The notes under the pieces were generated by a model, which saw nothing but the letters and a program-made list of their open reading frames with translations, made no database searches and had not been told where the DNA came from. A DNA stretch of 64,000 bases from a virus. The stretch is from the IMG/VR virus record IMGVR_UViG_3300009370_002293, positions 35,813-99,812 of that record. The stretch is one strand, 5' to 3'. Below are positions 1-9,189 of this stretch, piece by piece; position 1 is the first letter of the stretch; every line of letters begins with the position of its first letter. Made by a program: the position numbers and the translations under genes.

Positions 1-40
1 CATAAACTTATACGCAAAAAAAACTTAAATAAAAAAAGGT

Positions 41-412
41 TTACTCTTTCCATGTTAATTTTATTAGGTTGTCGCCAAAAAATTCTTCTGTATAATTGAT
101 TACACTTTTATAAGCAAAAGGTTTACAAGTATATATATCTATTGAAAAAAACGGAGGTTTACGGTTATCCCAGCCATAAATATGCATTCCGCTCTCTTTC
201 CAGTGCATATAGGCGCACCACCCATAATTTGCCTCATAATTACATACAGGGGTGGTTACGGCAGTCATATTTAAGACTTTTGTAATTTCTTGGCAATATT
301 GGGTCATTTGTTCGGGTGTAAAAGGATTATGTAGAGTCCCTTCAACAACTATACGCTGCCTGCAAATATCAGGTGCTAGATCAATCCATTCATTATTTAA
401 ATAATTTTTGTC
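41..412 (-). CDS. S-adenosylmethionine decarboxylase proenzyme-like protein
   Basis: WKESGMHIY resembles the E/S autocleavage motif, followed by SIDIYTCKPF; start moved to ATG 412 to avoid a long overlap with the upstream gene. Confidence 0.65.
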   Translation of the reverse strand, partial: DKNYLNNEWIDLAPDICRQRIVVEGTLHNPFTPEQMTQYCQEITKVLNMTAVTTPVCNYEANYGWCAYMHWKESGMHIYGWDNRKPPFFSIDIYTCKPFAYKSVINYTEEFFGDNLIKLTWKE

Positions 413-630
413 CATTTTAAGTATCCATATAGGTTCATTAATAAAATAACAAAAGACATCACTGATGTCGAGTATGCTTTTTTGAAAAAACAATACAATC
501 CAACGCAAAAATTACCAATAATCCAAGCGATCCAGCCAGATACACAATGGTTAGCGTTAAGATAATAGCCAGCGACCACAAAAAATGCACCAATTCCGCC
601 AAGAATTTCATAGAAGCCGCTGACTTTCAT
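397..630 (-). CDS. Small 3-TM membrane protein, half-PnuC-like
   Basis: Three hydrophobic segments, W-x-x-W-I-x-x-N and LMNLYGYLKW pattern; start at 630 preferred. Confidence 0.45.
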   Translation of the reverse strand: MKVSGFYEILGGIGAFFVVAGYYLNANHCVSGWIAWIIGNFCVGLYCFFKKAYSTSVMSFVILLMNLYGYLKWTKII

Positions 631-1192
631 GGCTCTCTGGGAAGCATTTTTTTTCAATTTCATAAAAATTTTTTAATAAATTTACATCTATTTTAAGTTC
701 TGTTCTTAATTGTGATATTTTTTTATGTTTTAACTCTTTGAAGTCTACCATAGAAAGATCGGTTTCACAAAGCGATCCAGCTTTAATCGCTAAGTTAAAC
801 ACAAACCTTTCTTCTTCTCCAAAATTATACCCTTCTGGATATAAATATTTAGCACAAAACATAAATAAATTTTTACGCCAGCGAGACATTTTTTTAGTGC
901 TCCCCATTGTATAGCCAATTACAAATGCCTCATCTTTGGTCATTAGTCCTCTACCTAGCAATAAGTGAACACAATCATGTGTCTCTAGAGATACCGACCC
1001 TGAAAATAATCCTACGTCATATTTTGGGTTTTCAACAAGTCTTATGATAAATGGCACCTCTTCAGGTTTCAATTTAAAGGAATCCATCGATTTAAGTCCT
1101 CTTAACAGAGAGATTTGTTTTTTGTTAAATAATGGTATATGCCACTCTTTAACAAGCCTCTCTTGTTCCTCTATGTATTGGCGCGGTGTCAT
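608..1192 (-). CDS. Coq4-like metal-binding protein
   Basis: HDCVH-x11-E matches the HDxxH-x11-E motif. Confidence 0.45.
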   Translation of the reverse strand: MTPRQYIEEQERLVKEWHIPLFNKKQISLLRGLKSMDSFKLKPEEVPFIIRLVENPKYDVGLFSGSVSLETHDCVHLLLGRGLMTKDEAFVIGYTMGSTKKMSRWRKNLFMFCAKYLYPEGYNFGEEERFVFNLAIKAGSLCETDLSMVDFKELKHKKISQLRTELKIDVNLLKNFYEIEKKCFPESHESQRLL

Positions 1193-1206
1193 TTAATCTC
1201 TATAGT

Positions 1207-1235
1207 ATTATATTTTATTTTAAATAATAAGTCAA
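1207..1235 (-). promoter_or_regulatory. sigma70-like promoter
   Basis: TTGACT-17-TATAAT upstream of ATG 1192. Confidence 0.75.
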
Positions 1236-1244
1236 AGATTTTTA

Positions 1245-1250
1245 GTGTAA
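1245..1250 (+). promoter_or_regulatory. GTGTAA motif (candidate phage late promoter)
   Basis: GTGTAA-N8-ATG(1259). Confidence 0.55.
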
Positions 1251-1258
1251 TTAAGAAT

Positions 1259-1543
1259 ATGCCAACTACATATAGCGGAGTGTCGGCTTTACGGGGAGCA
1301 ATCCACCAGAGTACAGTAACGGGTGATTTTATGGCAACGGGGGCTGGCGATTCATCATATCAGAGCCAAATCACTGGCCTTCTTAACACTGGGTTACAGC
1401 CCGACAGAAAAGAGTTGACTAACCATATTGGTCGGGAATATTATAGAAAATTAAACCAACTCGACCTTACCCCAACTTATGAAGATCAACTAGACGCAGG
1501 ATTCAGGCCCACAACTTTCACGGGACTCTATACCGCCCCTTAG
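1259..1543 (+). CDS. Hypothetical protein (94 aa)
   Basis: ORF 1139..1543 restarted at ATG 1259, which follows the GTGTAA motif and avoids overlap with the opposite-strand gene. Confidence 0.65.
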   Translation: MPTTYSGVSALRGAIHQSTVTGDFMATGAGDSSYQSQITGLLNTGLQPDRKELTNHIGREYYRKLNQLDLTPTYEDQLDAGFRPTTFTGLYTAP

Positions 1544-1556
1544 TGGGTAAATGATG

Positions 1557-2717
1557 TTAGCTATTTTTTCCAAACACTTCATTTGATTGTTGTGTTACCC
1601 GTATAAAGGTGGCGCATTTGGGCATATCCTTTATCCTCTTGGCTCCAATATAAGTACAAGTAGAACGCAGTCCGCCAAGAATACTTTCCATAGTATCTTG
1701 AAGTCTTCCACGGTGCTTTATCCTTACTGTTTTTCCTTCTGACGAACGATAGCTCGCAACGCCACCATGATACTTGTTCATGGCTGTATCAGAACTCATT
1801 CCGTAAAATGCTTTGTAAGTCTCTCCATTTACTATTTCTTCTTGCCCCGCTGATTCATTATGACCAGCCAGCATCCCGCCCAACATAACAAAATCAGCAC
1901 CAGCACAAAAGGCTTTGGATACATCGCCAGCAGACACGCACCCGCCATCAGCCATAATATGCCCACCAAGCCCATGTGCAGCATCCGCGCATTCAATGAC
2001 CGCGCTGAGTTGAGGGTAACCGACACCAGTTTGAATACGAGTAGTGCAGACAGACCCGCCGCCAATACCCACTTTAACAATATCTGCTCCACTTAATAAT
2101 ATCTCCTCTGTCATTTCGCCGCTAACCACGTTACCAGCAATTATAATCAAATGCGGATGTTCCTCACGAACTCTCTTAATGAAGTCGCAGAACTTCGCAC
2201 TGTAACCATTCGCAATGTCGATACAAACAAATCTATTCCAATAAAATTTCCACTGGATATCTCTCAGATAATCTAAATCATCATATTTATCTGGGTCATA
2301 TTTAATACCAATAGAGGGGCAGAGATGATCGTAGATTCTTTGCTGCCAACACTTCGCTCCTCGTTCGAATTTCCAATTATCCGAGTTAGCTTCTTTGCTT
2401 TCTTGCGTTTTATAAACCCCGTAGCCATCCAGCTTATGCGCCCATCTTTTTACATCATTGTGTTTGCTGATACAGGTCAACATATGATATTTGGCAAGCA
2501 CCTTTGCAGTTTCAAATGTACCTGTCGTATCCATGTTAGCCGCCACAATGGGGACACCTGTCCAGCCGTAGTCTGGGTTACCAGCACCATCTGCGCCAGC
2601 GTTCTTGAAGGTAAAAGTACGCATCAAGTCTACCTCGCTACGAGACGTAAGCTCTGAACGCTTGGGTCGTAAAAGGACGTCCTTGTAGTCTAGTTTTATT
2701 TCTGGTTCAATTCTCAT
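1557..2717 (-). CDS. guaC: GMP reductase
   Basis: MRIE..KLDYKDVLLRPKRS start, AANMDTTGT, KVGIGGGSVCTTR, FYGMSS, YRSSEGK. Confidence 0.95.
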   Translation of the reverse strand: MRIEPEIKLDYKDVLLRPKRSELTSRSEVDLMRTFTFKNAGADGAGNPDYGWTGVPIVAANMDTTGTFETAKVLAKYHMLTCISKHNDVKRWAHKLDGYGVYKTQESKEANSDNWKFERGAKCWQQRIYDHLCPSIGIKYDPDKYDDLDYLRDIQWKFYWNRFVCIDIANGYSAKFCDFIKRVREEHPHLIIIAGNVVSGEMTEEILLSGADIVKVGIGGGSVCTTRIQTGVGYPQLSAVIECADAAHGLGGHIMADGGCVSAGDVSKAFCAGADFVMLGGMLAGHNESAGQEEIVNGETYKAFYGMSSDTAMNKYHGGVASYRSSEGKTVRIKHRGRLQDTMESILGGLRSTCTYIGAKRIKDMPKCATFIRVTQQSNEVFGKNS

Positions 2718-3166
2718 TTACCTTTAACCATTTTAGATGACGACCTTATTTTACCCCCTAGTCCGTCAATCATTTTAATATTTACCTTTTTACAAACTTG
2801 GGACTCTGGTATCTCTCCTGTGTGTCTATCCCCTCCGTTAGCAAAAATAATGTCATAATGCTTATAGTTTCTTCTTATCTTCTGTAAAGAACCGCACACC
2901 GTTTTGTCTTCGTCAATACTAATAAACGCTGAGTCAACATAACGAATAGCTTCAACTATTTGAAGTCTATCTTCTTCGGTCATGAATGACTTACCCTTTT
3001 TTAGCTTTGCCTGTTTATCATTATTTACAATGACCACTAGCTCATCGCCTAATTCTTTGGCCAACTTTAGCATTTCTAAATGTCCAACATGAATAGGGTC
3101 AAAGTACCCACTTACAACGACCACTAAATCATGTTTTATACTATGGAACCCTATTTCCTTTGTCAT
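2714..3166 (-). CDS. Cytidylyltransferase-family protein
   Basis: SGYFDPIHVGH, FANGGDR, KIRSSS. Confidence 0.85.
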   Translation of the reverse strand: MTKEIGFHSIKHDLVVVVSGYFDPIHVGHLEMLKLAKELGDELVVIVNNDKQAKLKKGKSFMTEEDRLQIVEAIRYVDSAFISIDEDKTVCGSLQKIRRNYKHYDIIFANGGDRHTGEIPESQVCKKVNIKMIDGLGGKIRSSSKMVKGK

Positions 3167-4299
3167 GGCCTCCAGTCTTCTTCAGGCTGCTCTAAGTCTT
3201 TATCTTTAGTATAATCAACCAAAATTTCTTCACCCTTTTTCATCGGCTTTAAGGTATAAATAGATTTAGTTCCGTTCTCAGTTGTTCTAATTTCGCAATT
3301 TTCATAAACCGTTGAATGATTATACATACAATTAGGCTTAAGGTTAATCCAGCTTCTATTTTTCCAGCCCCATACATGCGTTACATGAATGAATGTTGCT
3401 GCTTCGACATCCTCCATAACCTTTAAACCCTTTTTGTGGTAACCGTTTTTTTCTACAGTTACCTCTACCTGAGGAAACCTTAGGGCCTCACACAATCTAG
3501 CCCGATCATTATTAGCCCACAACTTGGGGTTATTAGGGTCTTGTTTTGGGTATTTTTTTGGATTCCACTCGTCACGCTTCATATTGTTTTCGGTTTGGGT
3601 TATGATCTCTAAATTATCTTGATGGTGGGAGCCCCCAAGAGCTATTGGAACAATATGGTCAACCTCATATACTGTACCGTCTTTAGAAGATTCATTTAGT
3701 CTAGTTCGTTCCGTGAAAAAACCTTCTATAATCTCCATGTCTGAATCGGGAAGTACGGCAGATTTTTTGATGGCCTCTCTTTTTTGCTGTAGGTGACATC
3801 TTTTTGCCTTTTTTTCGGGCATTGACCGATATTCTTTGTTGTAATTTTTAACGTGATCTTTGTTATCAGCACGCCACTTTTTCATTTTTTTAATGTTTTT
3901 ATCCCTGTTCTTAATACGATTTTCACGAACTTTACCATGCTTGTGTTTATTATACCATCGCCTGCTACCTTCTTGGGCTCTAGCCCGAACCTCAGGGTTA
4001 TTATTCAGATAGTCCCTTCTATTCTTTAGTCGAAGCTCTTTTTCTTCAGGCGTTTCTTCTAAACGTCTTTTCTTATTATTTTCCCGCACTTTAGTAAGAC
4101 GCACTTCTCTTTGTTCAGGGGTTTCATTTTCACTCCGTTTTTTGTTGTACTCCCTGTTTCTGACAAGACGTACTTCTCTTTGTTCAGGGGTTTCATTTTC
4201 ACGCCGTTTTTTGTTGTACTCCCTTGCATAAAGTAAACGCTCCTCTCTTTGTTCGGGAGTTTCTTCTCGACGGTTTGCGGCTGTTGACTTTGTATTCAT
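3163..4299 (-). CDS. Fusion: four 23-aa STPR-like repeats + HNH endonuclease + C-terminal SET-like domain
   Basis: ETPEQRExRL repeats; EVDHIVPIALGGSHHQDNLEIITQTENNMK (HNH); YNHS..NC and KKGEEILVDY (SET). Confidence 0.75.
   Translation of the reverse strand: MNTKSTAANRREETPEQREERLLYAREYNKKRRENETPEQREVRLVRNREYNKKRSENETPEQREVRLTKVRENNKKRRLEETPEEKELRLKNRRDYLNNNPEVRARAQEGSRRWYNKHKHGKVRENRIKNRDKNIKKMKKWRADNKDHVKNYNKEYRSMPEKKAKRCHLQQKREAIKKSAVLPDSDMEIIEGFFTERTRLNESSKDGTVYEVDHIVPIALGGSHHQDNLEIITQTENNMKRDEWNPKKYPKQDPNNPKLWANNDRARLCEALRFPQVEVTVEKNGYHKKGLKVMEDVEAATFIHVTHVWGWKNRSWINLKPNCMYNHSTVYENCEIRTTENGTKSIYTLKPMKKGEEILVDYTKDKDLEQPEEDWRP
3988..4263 (-). repeat. 69-bp coding tandem repeat, 4 units
   Basis: Near-identical units acttctctttgttcaggggtttcattttcac at ~4103 and ~4172; protein period is 23 aa. 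Confidence 0.9.
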
Positions 4300-4387
4300 A
4301 ATTATTTTTTATCAATGAGAGATTCTATTATATTTTTAAAAAGGTAATAGATAAAATAAACAATATATAAAAAGAAATCTAATAATT

Positions 4388-5080
4388 TCATCGATATTTT
4401 TTGCCAAGTCGTTGCAAATACTTTCGAGCATAAAAAAGCCGTGACATTATAGTTCCTACTGGCACATGCAATAACTTTGCTATCTCAGGGTAACTCAACT
4501 GGTCTACCTCATATAAAATTATAACCTCACGATGTTTGGGTTCTAACTTATCTAATAATTTAGTGCTTAGTTTAATTTTTGATTTTTTTATATCCTTATC
4601 CACCCTTTTTTTACTCGGGGTCTCCATGTCAATCAAACCTCCACCCTCTACTGGTATTCCTTTTATATGCGCTTCCCCGTTTCGAATAGTTAAATTTTTC
4701 CCCGCATTTGATGCCGTATGGCCGCCGTCAGTGGATTCATGTTCTAAAACGGAGTTATCGGAGGATATGTATACAAATTTATGTTCGTGCCTTTGTCTTT
4801 TACGCCAATCATCATAAAAATTATTTCGTGCAATGGCATTAGCCCAGACTTTGAAGGTGGACTTAAACTTAAATTGACTAATTCTTTGCCAGCTTTTTAT
4901 TAAAGTTTGTTGAAATATTTCTTCTTCTATTTCTAAATTCCCTTTTGTATAACTCTTAATCCACCCCCTTATGTATTCCTCATTCCTTATGATAAGTTCT
5001 TCGAAAGCCGTTTCGTCTTTAGCTTGGGCTAATTTTATTAATTGTTTCTCCTCTTTTTCCTTGTAATCCGAGGTAACCAT
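4388..5080 (-). CDS. ECF-type sigma factor
   Basis: AFEELI, FQQTLIKSW..ISQF..KSTFKVW (region 2); LSYPEIAKLLHVPVGTIMSRLFYAR (region 4). Confidence 0.9.
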   Translation of the reverse strand: MVTSDYKEKEEKQLIKLAQAKDETAFEELIIRNEEYIRGWIKSYTKGNLEIEEEIFQQTLIKSWQRISQFKFKSTFKVWANAIARNNFYDDWRKRQRHEHKFVYISSDNSVLEHESTDGGHTASNAGKNLTIRNGEAHIKGIPVEGGGLIDMETPSKKRVDKDIKKSKIKLSTKLLDKLEPKHREVIILYEVDQLSYPEIAKLLHVPVGTIMSRLFYARKYLQRLGKKYR

Positions 5081-5084
5081 TTTA

Positions 5085-5636
5085 CTACCTTAAATCCTCC
5101 CTTAAAAGCCTCCATCTATCGCTATCGATAGCTTTACTACCGTTATCAATTAATTTTATCATATTAAGTACATCATCAATACTATCATAAATGTAATGAT
5201 GGGGTAACATGCCCATTAACCAAAGCGGTGTTTCAGATTTTCCGCCTTCCATGGAAATAAATATAGGTTTCTTCATTCTTACCGCTGTAACAAGTTCCTC
5301 TGCGCTTCCCCAACTTGCCACATTTGGCAATAAATGTGCGATTATAAAATCTGATCTATCAACTAAATTCAGGTCATAGCTACGAACCGTGGTCATTCTT
5401 TTTGTTACGTCACTATAATGACCTAGGCTCATTGCCTCATGCATTTTTTCGCGAGCCTCTTCGTCTTCGTCAACGTCTTTGACAAAGGGTTTTTTATACG
5501 GGTTAAAAACTGTAACACCTAATGGTGCTAACCTCGCTTCGACTTCGTCTCTCCAATTACGACCATTGGCATACTGCATATGCCCAACTAAATAGGTACG
5601 AGTTTTATTTAATAAATTAAGATCCTTTATATTCAT
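5085..5636 (-). CDS. Nucleoside 2-deoxyribosyltransferase-like protein
   Basis: YLVGHM, WR, VFNP, DLNLVDRSD, SWGSAEEL. Confidence 0.7.
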   Translation of the reverse strand: MNIKDLNLLNKTRTYLVGHMQYANGRNWRDEVEARLAPLGVTVFNPYKKPFVKDVDEDEEAREKMHEAMSLGHYSDVTKRMTTVRSYDLNLVDRSDFIIAHLLPNVASWGSAEELVTAVRMKKPIFISMEGGKSETPLWLMGMLPHHYIYDSIDDVLNMIKLIDNGSKAIDSDRWRLLREDLR

Positions 5637-6111
5637 ATATTTTTTTCAATATTTCTCCCTTAGAAAGATCCCTAGAAAGGGGTGCAAATTTAATTTCAGC
5701 CTTCTTGAAGCCGTCAACTGTGCCCGAAGAATCGAGAGCATTTTTTTCTTCGTCAGAAAGATTATCAAAATTATAGTGAGGGCCCTTAAAGTAAAATTCA
5801 GGGTTTACTGTCTTAATAAACGACCCCACATCATCAATAACACAAGTAAAATCTACAAAGGTAAGGGCCAGTAATATATCTTCTCTGTCCTTTTCGGAGC
5901 AAAAGGTTTTATTACCACAAAGTTTGTCACTCTTAATTCCTACTACCAGTGTATCTGACGATCTTTTACACCATGATAAAAAATCTATATGCCCCGCATG
6001 AAACAGGTCAAAAGTTCCGATAGTAAGGGCCACGCCCCCCATATTTAAATATTCACGATTTTCCTTTAGCTGTTCTAAGGAAACCCTTTTCATGGTGTTT
6101 GTGGCAAACAT
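5617..6111 (-). CDS. Cytidylyltransferase-family protein
   Basis: GTFDLFHAGH, LVVGIKSD, YFKGPHY; TTGACC-17-AATAAT promoter 7 nt upstream. Confidence 0.8.
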   Translation of the reverse strand: MFATNTMKRVSLEQLKENREYLNMGGVALTIGTFDLFHAGHIDFLSWCKRSSDTLVVGIKSDKLCGNKTFCSEKDREDILLALTFVDFTCVIDDVGSFIKTVNPEFYFKGPHYNFDNLSDEEKNALDSSGTVDGFKKAEIKFAPLSRDLSKGEILKKIYEYKGS

Positions 6112-6143
6112 TATATTGATTATTTATTTATTTTTGATTAAGG

Positions 6144-6698
6144 TCAAGAAATTTTTCTATGTATAAAGCTAACTAGGGATACTATTTTTAGTAACCCCCA
6201 TTTTATAAGGCCAAAAAACTGATTTATTATCCAAGAGTAAACGGAATAAATTTTCCACGACATTTTTTTTTCAGATTCGGCCCTTTTTTCTATCATATTT
6301 TTTAATAGAACCTCTTGGTTTTTTCGATTACTATTCTCATGAACCGACCATTCACAAAGATGAATTTCTTTTACTTCCCCATCCCTCATCCAAGCCACAA
6401 ACTCAATCCAAAGGTCTTCTGTGTCGCACATATGTAAGAGGTGGAATCTAATTTCGCCTGTTAACTCAACCTTTTTAATTCCATTATTTACAACCCTTAC
6501 CTGACCTGTCTCCTCGTTATAACACTTTTCAATTAATTCTTCGTATACCTGTCCATCATCTTCTATAACAAATGAGTCACCCAGCAAAGATAGAGTTAAA
6601 AATTCTTGCTCCGTCCAGTTTATACCATCAAAAGAATACTGCTCTTTAGAGAGCGGTAGTTTGAACTCACACTTTATTTTTGAGGGGGAACCAAACAT
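6144..6698 (-). CDS. Hypothetical protein
   Basis: 184-aa ORF packed in operon. Confidence 0.7.
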   Translation of the reverse strand: MFGSPSKIKCEFKLPLSKEQYSFDGINWTEQEFLTLSLLGDSFVIEDDGQVYEELIEKCYNEETGQVRVVNNGIKKVELTGEIRFHLLHMCDTEDLWIEFVAWMRDGEVKEIHLCEWSVHENSNRKNQEVLLKNMIEKRAESEKKMSWKIYSVYSWIINQFFGLIKWGLLKIVSLVSFIHRKIS

Positions 6699-6700
6699 GC

Positions 6701-6880
6701 CTAGATTTCTTCAATAAGCTCTTTAAGGTTTTTCAAATAAAAAACCATAAAGCTATCACCTTGAGCATTTGCACCCTTGCCCATAGACAGACATTGTTGT
6801 TTATATTTAACGTCCTGCTTAATCGCTTCGTCAATTAATTGATCGGTCAAATCTAAAGCTATTTCTTTTTTACTTTTCAT
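6701..6880 (-). CDS. Hypothetical protein (59 aa, not in ORF track)
   Basis: MKSKKEIALDLTDQLIDEAIKQD...LKELIEEI fills the gap between neighbouring genes exactly. Confidence 0.65.
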   Translation of the reverse strand: MKSKKEIALDLTDQLIDEAIKQDVKYKQQCLSMGKGANAQGDSFMVFYLKNLKELIEEI

Positions 6881-7592
6881 TTTCGGTTAATATTTTAAAG
6901 GTTTCCTTTGCGTTTCTAACATTGAAGCATTTACCATCACGATGCCTTTCTAGGTCTTGGCAGATGTCGTAATCGTTACCGCCCTTAAAGCATTTGTCTC
7001 CAAAAAAAATCATTTTTTTATTATGGTTCTCTCTGATCCACGAAGATGCCTGAGATTTATTCCATCCACACGGCTGTATATCTATGCTTTTCTGCCCCCC
7101 TATACGTATATCAAATTGAGGAAATTTTTTTTGTAAATCTTGTTGTATCGTTTTTCTTTCTTGGGTACGCGAATCCCAGTGGGCATAATCATTACGCTCC
7201 TTAATAGAGGCGTGTGGGCCAATAATAGAAAAATTCAACATGCCATCCCTTGTTTCATGAAATTTTTTACTTTTTACAGGGTAAGGGGATTTTTGGTGCC
7301 ATAACAATAATTCAGTCAATAGTTTTACGGGAGGCTTCCACTCTCGTCTGTAAACATCTTTACCCTTTATTGTAAGACGATTCCCCATCGAGCTAAAAAT
7401 ACCACTACTCCTATTTAGAATACTAGACGGAAGTTGTTCGCAGATTTTTTTAAATGAACCACCCCCCACCAAAAAAAACTTTTTATTTAAAGACCAACTT
7501 AAAAACTGAAGTACGTGCCCTGATTCTATAGGTCGAGTTGGTTCAGTTAAAGTTCCGTCTATATCAAATAAATAAATAGAATCTTCTTTCAT
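6870..7592 (-). CDS. HAD-IIB phosphomannomutase (eukaryote-type PMM-like)
   Basis: LFDIDGTLT, RDGMLNFS, IGGQKSIDI, FFGDKCFKGGNDY. Confidence 0.8.
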   Translation of the reverse strand: MKEDSIYLFDIDGTLTEPTRPIESGHVLQFLSWSLNKKFFLVGGGSFKKICEQLPSSILNRSSGIFSSMGNRLTIKGKDVYRREWKPPVKLLTELLLWHQKSPYPVKSKKFHETRDGMLNFSIIGPHASIKERNDYAHWDSRTQERKTIQQDLQKKFPQFDIRIGGQKSIDIQPCGWNKSQASSWIRENHNKKMIFFGDKCFKGGNDYDICQDLERHRDGKCFNVRNAKETFKILTENEK

Positions 7593-7885
7593 CTCCTAAT
7601 TTTGCGCCAACGATTACTCCATAAAAAATGACTACACGTACTTGCAAACCTTTCTACAGCCCTCTCTGATTTATCCCAAAAAAATGCATGGGCTAATTCA
7701 TGTATAATTGTATTAAGCTCACTTTGAGAGGTTAAATTGGGGTTTATGAAAATTTTAGGATATTTATCATCAGGAGGGAAACAAACTCCGTCAGCGTCAC
7801 CATACGCCCTTTTATCGGGCTTTCGAAAAGAGATTTCGTACTCCACCCCTTTAGTGTTTTTAAATTTAAAGGGCTTTTTTTTCAT
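7589..7885 (-). CDS. Small HExxH zinc metallopeptidase-like protein
   Basis: IIHELAHAFF..SE. Confidence 0.6.
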   Translation of the reverse strand: MKKKPFKFKNTKGVEYEISFRKPDKRAYGDADGVCFPPDDKYPKIFINPNLTSQSELNTIIHELAHAFFWDKSERAVERFASTCSHFLWSNRWRKIRR

Positions 7886-8214
7886 TAATTCTTTTTACGT
7901 TTACGTGGAGTATTTTTTTTGTTTGTTTTAGGTTCCTTATTGGGGGTGGGTTTTGGTTCGAAGGCTTTAAGTATTTCGGACTGAGCAATCTTATTTTCTA
8001 GTTTTTCTAATTCTTTGTTTTCCCACTCTCCTTTTAGGATAAGGTAATTCATGGCATGGGAAACCTCTTCCATGGCTTCCTCGTAATATGGGTCGTGATC
8101 ATTGTTTTCCCATTCTTCCGCTTTATTAACCCAGAAAGCCATTTGACCCTTCCACCATTGAATGGAATCGTGTAAAATTTTTGCTCTGGCCCGTAGTTCT
8201 TTATCGGCTTCCAT
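7885..8214 (-). CDS. Hypothetical protein with basic tail
   Basis: 109-aa ORF with promoter directly upstream. Confidence 0.7.
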   Translation of the reverse strand: MEADKELRARAKILHDSIQWWKGQMAFWVNKAEEWENNDHDPYYEEAMEEVSHAMNYLILKGEWENKELEKLENKIAQSEILKAFEPKPTPNKEPKTNKKNTPRKRKKN

Positions 8215-8220
8215 ACTTTA

Positions 8221-8249
8221 AGTATGGATCGTTTTTGTGGGTAAGTCAA
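8221..8249 (-). promoter_or_regulatory. sigma70-like promoter (leaderless)
   Basis: TTGACT-17-CATACT, 6 nt before ATG 8214. Confidence 0.7.
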
Positions 8250-8274
8250 GCTCCATACAGACAAGCGCTTGTCT

Positions 8275-8454
8275 TTATTCACAAATTATTTCACACTCTA
8301 TGTCCTCGGCCACGATGAACCCTTCGTCAAACAAATATTGAACCAAAACAATAGCCATATTGTCTTCTATATCGCCTTCGGGGTCATAAATTTGTATTTT
8401 TCTTTTATAAACCTTTAGGCGATACCCCTTAACAATAAGATTGGTAGCCCTCAC
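8275..8454 (-). CDS. Hypothetical protein (59 aa, not in ORF track), paralogue of 8980..9189
   Basis: GTG start 8 nt after GTGTAA; IQIYDP...QYLFDEGFI...EIICE aligns with IYIYDP...DYLYQEGFI...EIIRCE. Confidence 0.75.
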   Translation of the reverse strand: MRATNLIVKGYRLKVYKRKIQIYDPEGDIEDNMAIVLVQYLFDEGFIVAEDIECEIICE

Positions 8455-8461
8455 ATCTATA

Positions 8462-8482
8462 ATTACACTTAAAAAGTGTAAT
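8462..8482. promoter_or_regulatory. Back-to-back GTGTAA motifs forming an inverted repeat
   Basis: attacactt-aaa-aagtgtaat between divergent genes. Confidence 0.65.
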
Positions 8483-8498
8483 AATAAATAAGAATGAT

Positions 8499-8990
8499 AT
8501 GGCTAAAATTTTAAATTTTTTAAGAAATAAAAAACTAAGATTTCTGCTTCTTTTACTGCTTCTGGCGGGAGTTTTTAGGAGTGGTTACAAAACCTTTATG
8601 ATTAGCGGTGATAGCATGGACGATACTTTAAATAATGGTGATGTAGTTTTAGTTAATAAAAAATATTATAATTATACCATTCCGCAACGTGGAGATTTAA
8701 TCGTGTGTTTTGGAGATGGAGACGTCGTGATAAAAAGAATTATTGGCGTACCCGGTGATGAGGTAGAAATCATAGAGGGAGTTATTATAATAAATGGTGA
8801 TATATACATAGATGAATTAACTGAAATCCCTTTAGAGGACCCACTTGCGGAAGGCTACGGTTTTTATATTAATGAACGGGCGATATTTTTAGGGGGTGGA
8901 GAGTATTGGGTTATAGGAGATAACAGGGCCGTATCTTGGTACGGGGTAATTCGCGAGGAAGATATAATAGGGTTAGTATATGAATTCTAA
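8499..8990 (+). CDS. lepB: Signal peptidase I (S26)
   Basis: N-terminal TM, SGDSM, VIKRIIGVPGD, GDNR..S. Confidence 0.9.
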   Translation: MAKILNFLRNKKLRFLLLLLLLAGVFRSGYKTFMISGDSMDDTLNNGDVVLVNKKYYNYTIPQRGDLIVCFGDGDVVIKRIIGVPGDEVEIIEGVIIINGDIYIDELTEIPLEDPLAEGYGFYINERAIFLGGGEYWVIGDNRAVSWYGVIREEDIIGLVYEF

Positions 8991-9189
8991 TAAAATAGAA
9001 TTAATTATACAAGATTATGTAGTGGAAATCATCTATGGAAAAACATGGGTGAAAGACAAAATTTATATATATGACCCCTGTTTAACGCTATCAACTACTA
9101 CAGAATTAATAATTTTAGATTATTTATACCAAGAAGGTTTTATACAAGACCGAAGAATAAAATATGAGATAATACGATGCGAATATTAA
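8980..9189 (+). CDS. Hypothetical protein, paralogue of 8275..8454
   Basis: Shared IYDP and YLxxEGFI motifs. Confidence 0.7.
   Translation: MNSNKIELIIQDYVVEIIYGKTWVKDKIYIYDPCLTLSTTTELIILDYLYQEGFIQDRRIKYEIIRCEY

Noticed and set aside
1832-2657. Short alternative-frame and antisense ORFs inside guaC, and similar ones inside nrdA, ALDH, dnaE and others
   Set aside because: Fully nested in well-supported genes with no motifs; treated as shadow ORFs
3988-4263. CRISPR array
   Set aside because: In-frame 69-bp coding repeats without unique spacers; no cas operon
8049-8282. 77-aa ORF
   Set aside because: Overlaps 7885..8214 and spans its promoter
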